Positions 60,115 through 64,000 of a stretch of DNA of 64,000 nucleotides are shown here, piece after piece. The translations under genes were made by a program, and so were the position numbers. The notes below the pieces were generated by a model. The model searched no databases. It saw nothing but the letters and a program-made list of their open reading frames with translations, and was not told where the DNA came from. Positions within the stretch are counted from its first letter, which is position 1. Each line of letters begins with the position of its first letter. Source of the DNA: Entomortierella parvispora E1425 (lineage: Eukaryota > Fungi > Mortierellomycota); NCBI GenBank assembly GCA_020891255.1, contig BQFW01000013.1, positions 1,550,001 to 1,614,000 of the forward strand. The letters run 5' to 3'.

Positions 60115-61530
60115 CTATGTTATGATAACGACTCTACGCTCAAGATCCTTCATTGGTCCGTGTTTGTAGAAGAGCACAGCAAACGCCCATGTCAGGACAA
60201 ATGCACCAATGATGATGTACCCAATCAGACCAAAGTTGTCGCTCAACATGGAAAAGAAGTCCCAGAATGGGCCCTCCAGATCTAGCTGTTCTGCCAAGAG
60301 ACCTAGAAGTTCGGCCAGCCCAACTACAAATGCAACAATGACACCCATGAGTGTCACTACAAAATTGTACCAGAGCTTCTTAACAGGATTGACAAACGCC
60401 CAGCCATAGGCATTGACCATCAAGATACCGTCCAACGTATCGATGAGACTCATTCCGGCAGTGAAGAGTGCGGGAAAGATGAGAATGACCGCTGTGGGGA
60501 ACCCGGCTTGAGCGTTGGTAGCAGCGATACCGAGGAGTCCCACTTCCGTCGCCGTGTCAAAGCCAAGACCAAAGAGGACCCCCAAGGGGTACATTTTCCA
60601 AGAACGATCAATAAGGTTGAAAAGCGGTCGGAAAATACGAGCAAAGAGGCCACCGGCCTGAAACTTTGAGTTGTTGACTTGATGGTCGATCGATTTGTCC
60701 TCCTCCTTCAGGCCTTGGCCGTCCATGTCCTTCTTGGTCTGGATCTCCGTAGAGATCTCTTCTTTTTGCTGCTCCGAGTGGACGTTGGCCTCGATATCGT
60801 CCGTGACAGCCGCGGTGGCGTCGATCATCTCCTTGACGGGATCACGGTAGTGATACTCGCCTGTCCGCTGGACCCTTCGCAGTTCTTGTCCGACCTGAAT
60901 CAAGACGACCAAGTTGATGAATCCAATCAAAAACAAGAAGCCGGCAGACACGGATGTACCAATGATACCGCCTGTATCTCCAAAGGCCGCGAATTTGTCC
61001 TTGATCGCTGTCGCCGTCACAGCCAGGGCAATGGAGGCAATGATCACAATGGTCGAATGTCCGAGAGAGAAAAATAATCCCACGCATACGGGCGGTGTCC
61101 ACTGATCCTCATCCTCGACCATCTTCTCTTCCTCCTGGACTTGCTCCCTCTCCCCCTCCTGGGCGGCAATGGCGTTTGCGTCTTGTTCTTGTTCTTGTTC
61201 TTGTTGGGCTATCCCTTGCGCGTTTTTTTCCTCCTCTTCTTTTTCTTTTTGTTGCTGTGCTTGAAGAGCAGCGCGGCTACGCGCCTTGTTAAGCATGCCC
61301 TGGTAGATCAGTTTCCGTGTCACGTTGTCAATGGCTGCGAGGTGGTCGGCATCGACGGCGTGTCGGAGTCCGAGCGTGTAGGCGACGACCATGGAACCCA
61401 GGAGCTCTGGGTACTCCCTGGCGGTGATTCCAGCGAGGGCCCAAACAATGATGTTGACCAGAATCAGTCCGCCCATGGTTAGCAAACATTTCCGCTGGAG
61501 AGTGTTTTGCTTGAAGATAGTCGCGTCCAT
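60115..61530 (-). CDS. High-affinity nickel/cobalt permease (NiCoT, HoxN/Nic1 family), intronless
   Basis: Signature LGLRHAVDADHLAAIDN, FFSLGHSTIV, LFGLGFDTATEV and LFTAGMSLIDTLDG. Confidence 0.95.
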   Translation of the reverse strand: MDATIFKQNTLQRKCLLTMGGLILVNIIVWALAGITAREYPELLGSMVVAYTLGLRHAVDADHLAAIDNVTRKLIYQGMLNKARSRAALQAQQQKEKEEEEKNAQGIAQQEQEQEQDANAIAAQEGEREQVQEEEKMVEDEDQWTPPVCVGLFFSLGHSTIVIIASIALAVTATAIKDKFAAFGDTGGIIGTSVSAGFLFLIGFINLVVLIQVGQELRRVQRTGEYHYRDPVKEMIDATAAVTDDIEANVHSEQQKEEISTEIQTKKDMDGQGLKEEDKSIDHQVNNSKFQAGGLFARIFRPLFNLIDRSWKMYPLGVLFGLGFDTATEVGLLGIAATNAQAGFPTAVILIFPALFTAGMSLIDTLDGILMVNAYGWAFVNPVKKLWYNFVVTLMGVIVAFVVGLAELLGLLAEQLDLEGPFWDFFSMLSDNFGLIGYIIIGAFVLTWAFAVLFYKHGPMKDLERRVVIIT

Positions 61531-62446
61531 TCGAGGCTTCCTTGTGTCGTGGTGCTGGTATTGTAAATGATGAGGTGGACGCTAGAGTTGAAGGCAAGGA
61601 CGAAAAGAAGATGGAAAAAAAAAAAAAAGAAAGAGAGAGAAAGAGAGAAGAAAAAAGTCACCAAAAAAGTAACAAAAGCGCAGATAGGTTAAAAACTTGC
61701 ATCCACGTGACAATCTGGGCGCCCTTGCATGCATGCGGGCAAACAATCCGTGCCTGGGTCCAGGGCCAACGATCTGGACAAATGGCGGCGGCTGTCAAGT
61801 CGCTTCCTAAACCATCGACGCCAAACTTTCCGTTAAAGCCAGTCTTTTTTTATTTTATTTGAGCAACCTTATCGTGCCATTCAATCCTGGCGATCTGATT
61901 GCAGTCCCCTCTTGCTCACCACCACTCTAACCTGGGCCCAGAATTTCCATTGATAGGCCATATGTAGCCGACGCACTACCCTGCGCCATTGACCATGTGG
62001 ACAGTTATCTTCTGACCCATGCAGAAAAGAGACAATTGAGGGCGAAAGCAAGATACGTTGATAGCGCACCATCCATCGACCCCGTCCCCTGTCTTCCTGC
62101 TAGATCTCTCTAGCGTCCAAAGTCGAGACCCGAAATTGACCGATCGACCATTCGATCAAGGCAGTCAGCCAACTACAGTGCACCATGGACTCTATCTCTA
62201 TAGACAACAATGGCTTCTAGTGTTTTGTTGTTCTAGGGAGCCAAGTCGGCCACAGACAGACAGTCAGACAGGCGCGTGAAAACAATTCCCCATGCCACGC
62301 GGACTTTAGGCGAGTGACGGGCCCAAATTTGAAACATAAAACAAGTCCTTTAGTCCTTCAGTCCTTCATTCAGTCCTTCAGTCCTTCATTCAGTCATTCA
62401 AGTCATTATTCATTTATTCTGCATCCGCATTGCCGCACTCGTCAGG

Positions 62447-63690
62447 ATGGACATGCTCGCTAATTACGCGAGTGAATCAGACTCGGACACGGAACATGTC
62501 GCCTCGGTCAATGCGCCCAAGCAACAGGCGCCCATTCATAAGCATGAATCTCGGACCCATGCATCCGTTCCCTCCAATGGTGCCAACGAACCCTCTGTTC
62601 CAGGAACCCGTTCTTTATCAGATCCCTCGGTGACACAAGCAGCAACAGGACCCACAGATCTACCTGGTGAAGATGTAGTCATGGATGATAGCAGCAAGCC
62701 CGAGGATGAAGCTTTTATTTCGAATTCTTTGAAATTCCTTCAGGACTTTGCCGCCTCTGTGGATCCAAAACCCGATGTGGATCCAGACACTCAGGAATCA
62801 ACAACCATGGACGAAGGGATCGGTGGGACAACACCAACTTCCTTGTCTGAGGCAGGACCAGTGGCTACTTTAGAGAACACAGTTGCAGACTCTTCCAAAG
62901 ACGACGACCGGATACCGAGCCCTACCATCATGACGCCTGAGCAACAGGTTCTTTTCGATGCTTTCATGGCTCAGATTGATGCTCTTCCTCTTACACGTAA
63001 GGATCAAACACGGCCCCCTCTCTCTTCCAAACCAGGATCGTCAATGGAGTTGGATCTGAAATGGCAGCAGGAAGCGAGTGTGCAGTCCATTTACAGTCGA
63101 ATCCATCAGCTGTCCCTCTTGTCAAGTCCATTGCTTCAATCGCAGGCCAAGGAACTGGAGAAGGCTCTGATCAAGTTTGCAATTCGGATCTTGGATTGGG
63201 AGAAAAATGGCCTCAAACCCAGCTATTTTCTGGGAGAGCAGCGATCCGAGGCACTGAATCGCCGGAAGCAGCTGGATGCTCAGGACAATGATGGAGATGT
63301 GAGCATGGATGAGGATATGGAAAAGCAAGAGGAATCAAAACAGGACTCCAAAGAAACAGGAGAACTTCCCCCGTATGGTGGTGTCGTAGGCAGCATGCTG
63401 GAGACCATGACTAGAGTCGAGCAAGAGGCTGCCCCTTCTGAATGGAAGGTAATATGGGATCCACAGGAGGATGCCTACAAGTTTTTCCACATTAAATCAG
63501 TAAGTCATCCAACTCGTCCATTTGAACAGAAAAGGTCGGGCGGGAGGTGTTTATTAATCAAATGTTTATCTTGCAAATTGTCTAGGGAACTATCTCGACA
63601 TTATACCCATCCATCCAGCTTTTACATCAGCTGGACCCACCATCCTCAAAGTCAAAGAGCCCCCCTTGTTCACCGATCGACATACAATAA
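62447..63690 (+). CDS. Hypothetical acidic protein with one degenerate WW-like module
   Basis: Exon 1 ends …PSEWKVIWDPQEDAYKFFHIKS (donor gtaagt ~63500). Exon 2 from ~63586 reads GTISTLYP… to TAA at 63690. Confidence 0.7.
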
Positions 63691-63763
63691 ATAGTGTGTA
63701 ATGTTGGTACAAAGCCCGTCCGATGGACGTGACCAAAAAGCAAAAATAGCGGCGGCCAATGAC

Positions 63764-64000
63764 TCAAGAATTGAAAACAGCATCCATGGTCTCGCGTTGT
63801 CGCCTCTCTTCTTCGCGCTGGGCGTGTCGAGCATCTAAGAAAAAGGAGGAAAATGGACATGTTAGTAACAGCCTCGATTCCGCGCAGGTCTTCAAGGAGA
63901 GAACGCAATCTGCTGTAAACGAACCTTTCGCGGCCTGAAGTAACGCCTTTTCTTCCGCAATTTGTTCAGGAGTCCGCCGTACGCGCAGTCCCAACGCACC
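63764..64000 (-). CDS. 3' end of a gene that extends beyond the right edge
   Basis: …RRTPEQIAEEKALLQAAK (donor gttcgt), an intron with branch-like ctaac and ttcttag acceptor, then DARHAQREEERRQRETMDAVFNS*. Confidence 0.6.
   Translation of the reverse strand, partial: GALGLRVRRTPEQIAEEKALLQAAKGSFTADCVLSLKTCAESRLLLTCPFSSFFLDARHAQREEERRQRETMDAVFNS

Overview
Gene-dense eukaryotic genomic DNA with many short GT-AG introns. It is fungal and most consistent with an early-diverging Mucoromycota fungus of the Mortierellaceae type; this is inferred from intron style, an intronless F-box/LRR gene and retention of ABCD4, PEN-2 and BORCS5 homologs. I can support about 23 protein-coding genes: two hypotheticals, SPT7, a C2H2 transcription factor, a head-to-head pair of ABCD half-transporters, CDC4, a BORCS5-like gene, an H2A/H2B pair, an H4/H3 pair, SNF5, an SLC18-like MFS transporter, HisRS, an ELF1-like gene, a gamma-butyrobetaine dioxygenase-like gene, PEN-2, an F-box/LRR gene, a pepsin-fold gene, a NiCoT transporter, a WW-like gene and a partial gene at the right edge. 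Most interesting: (1) a ~1800-aa repeat-rich protein whose SANTA (KNL2/M18BP1-type) domain is split across three exons and so is not visible as a single ORF, lying between the two histone gene pairs; (2) an intronless, prosegment-less, polyporopepsin-like protein with both catalytic motifs altered, flanked by copies of a repeated non-coding element; (3) an Spt7 with a long Arg/Asp dipeptide tail; (4) motifs shared between the histone promoters and 3' UTRs. No tRNA, rRNA, CRISPR array or recognisable transposon was found. All gene models are manual splices and all homology calls are motif recognition from memory, not database searches.
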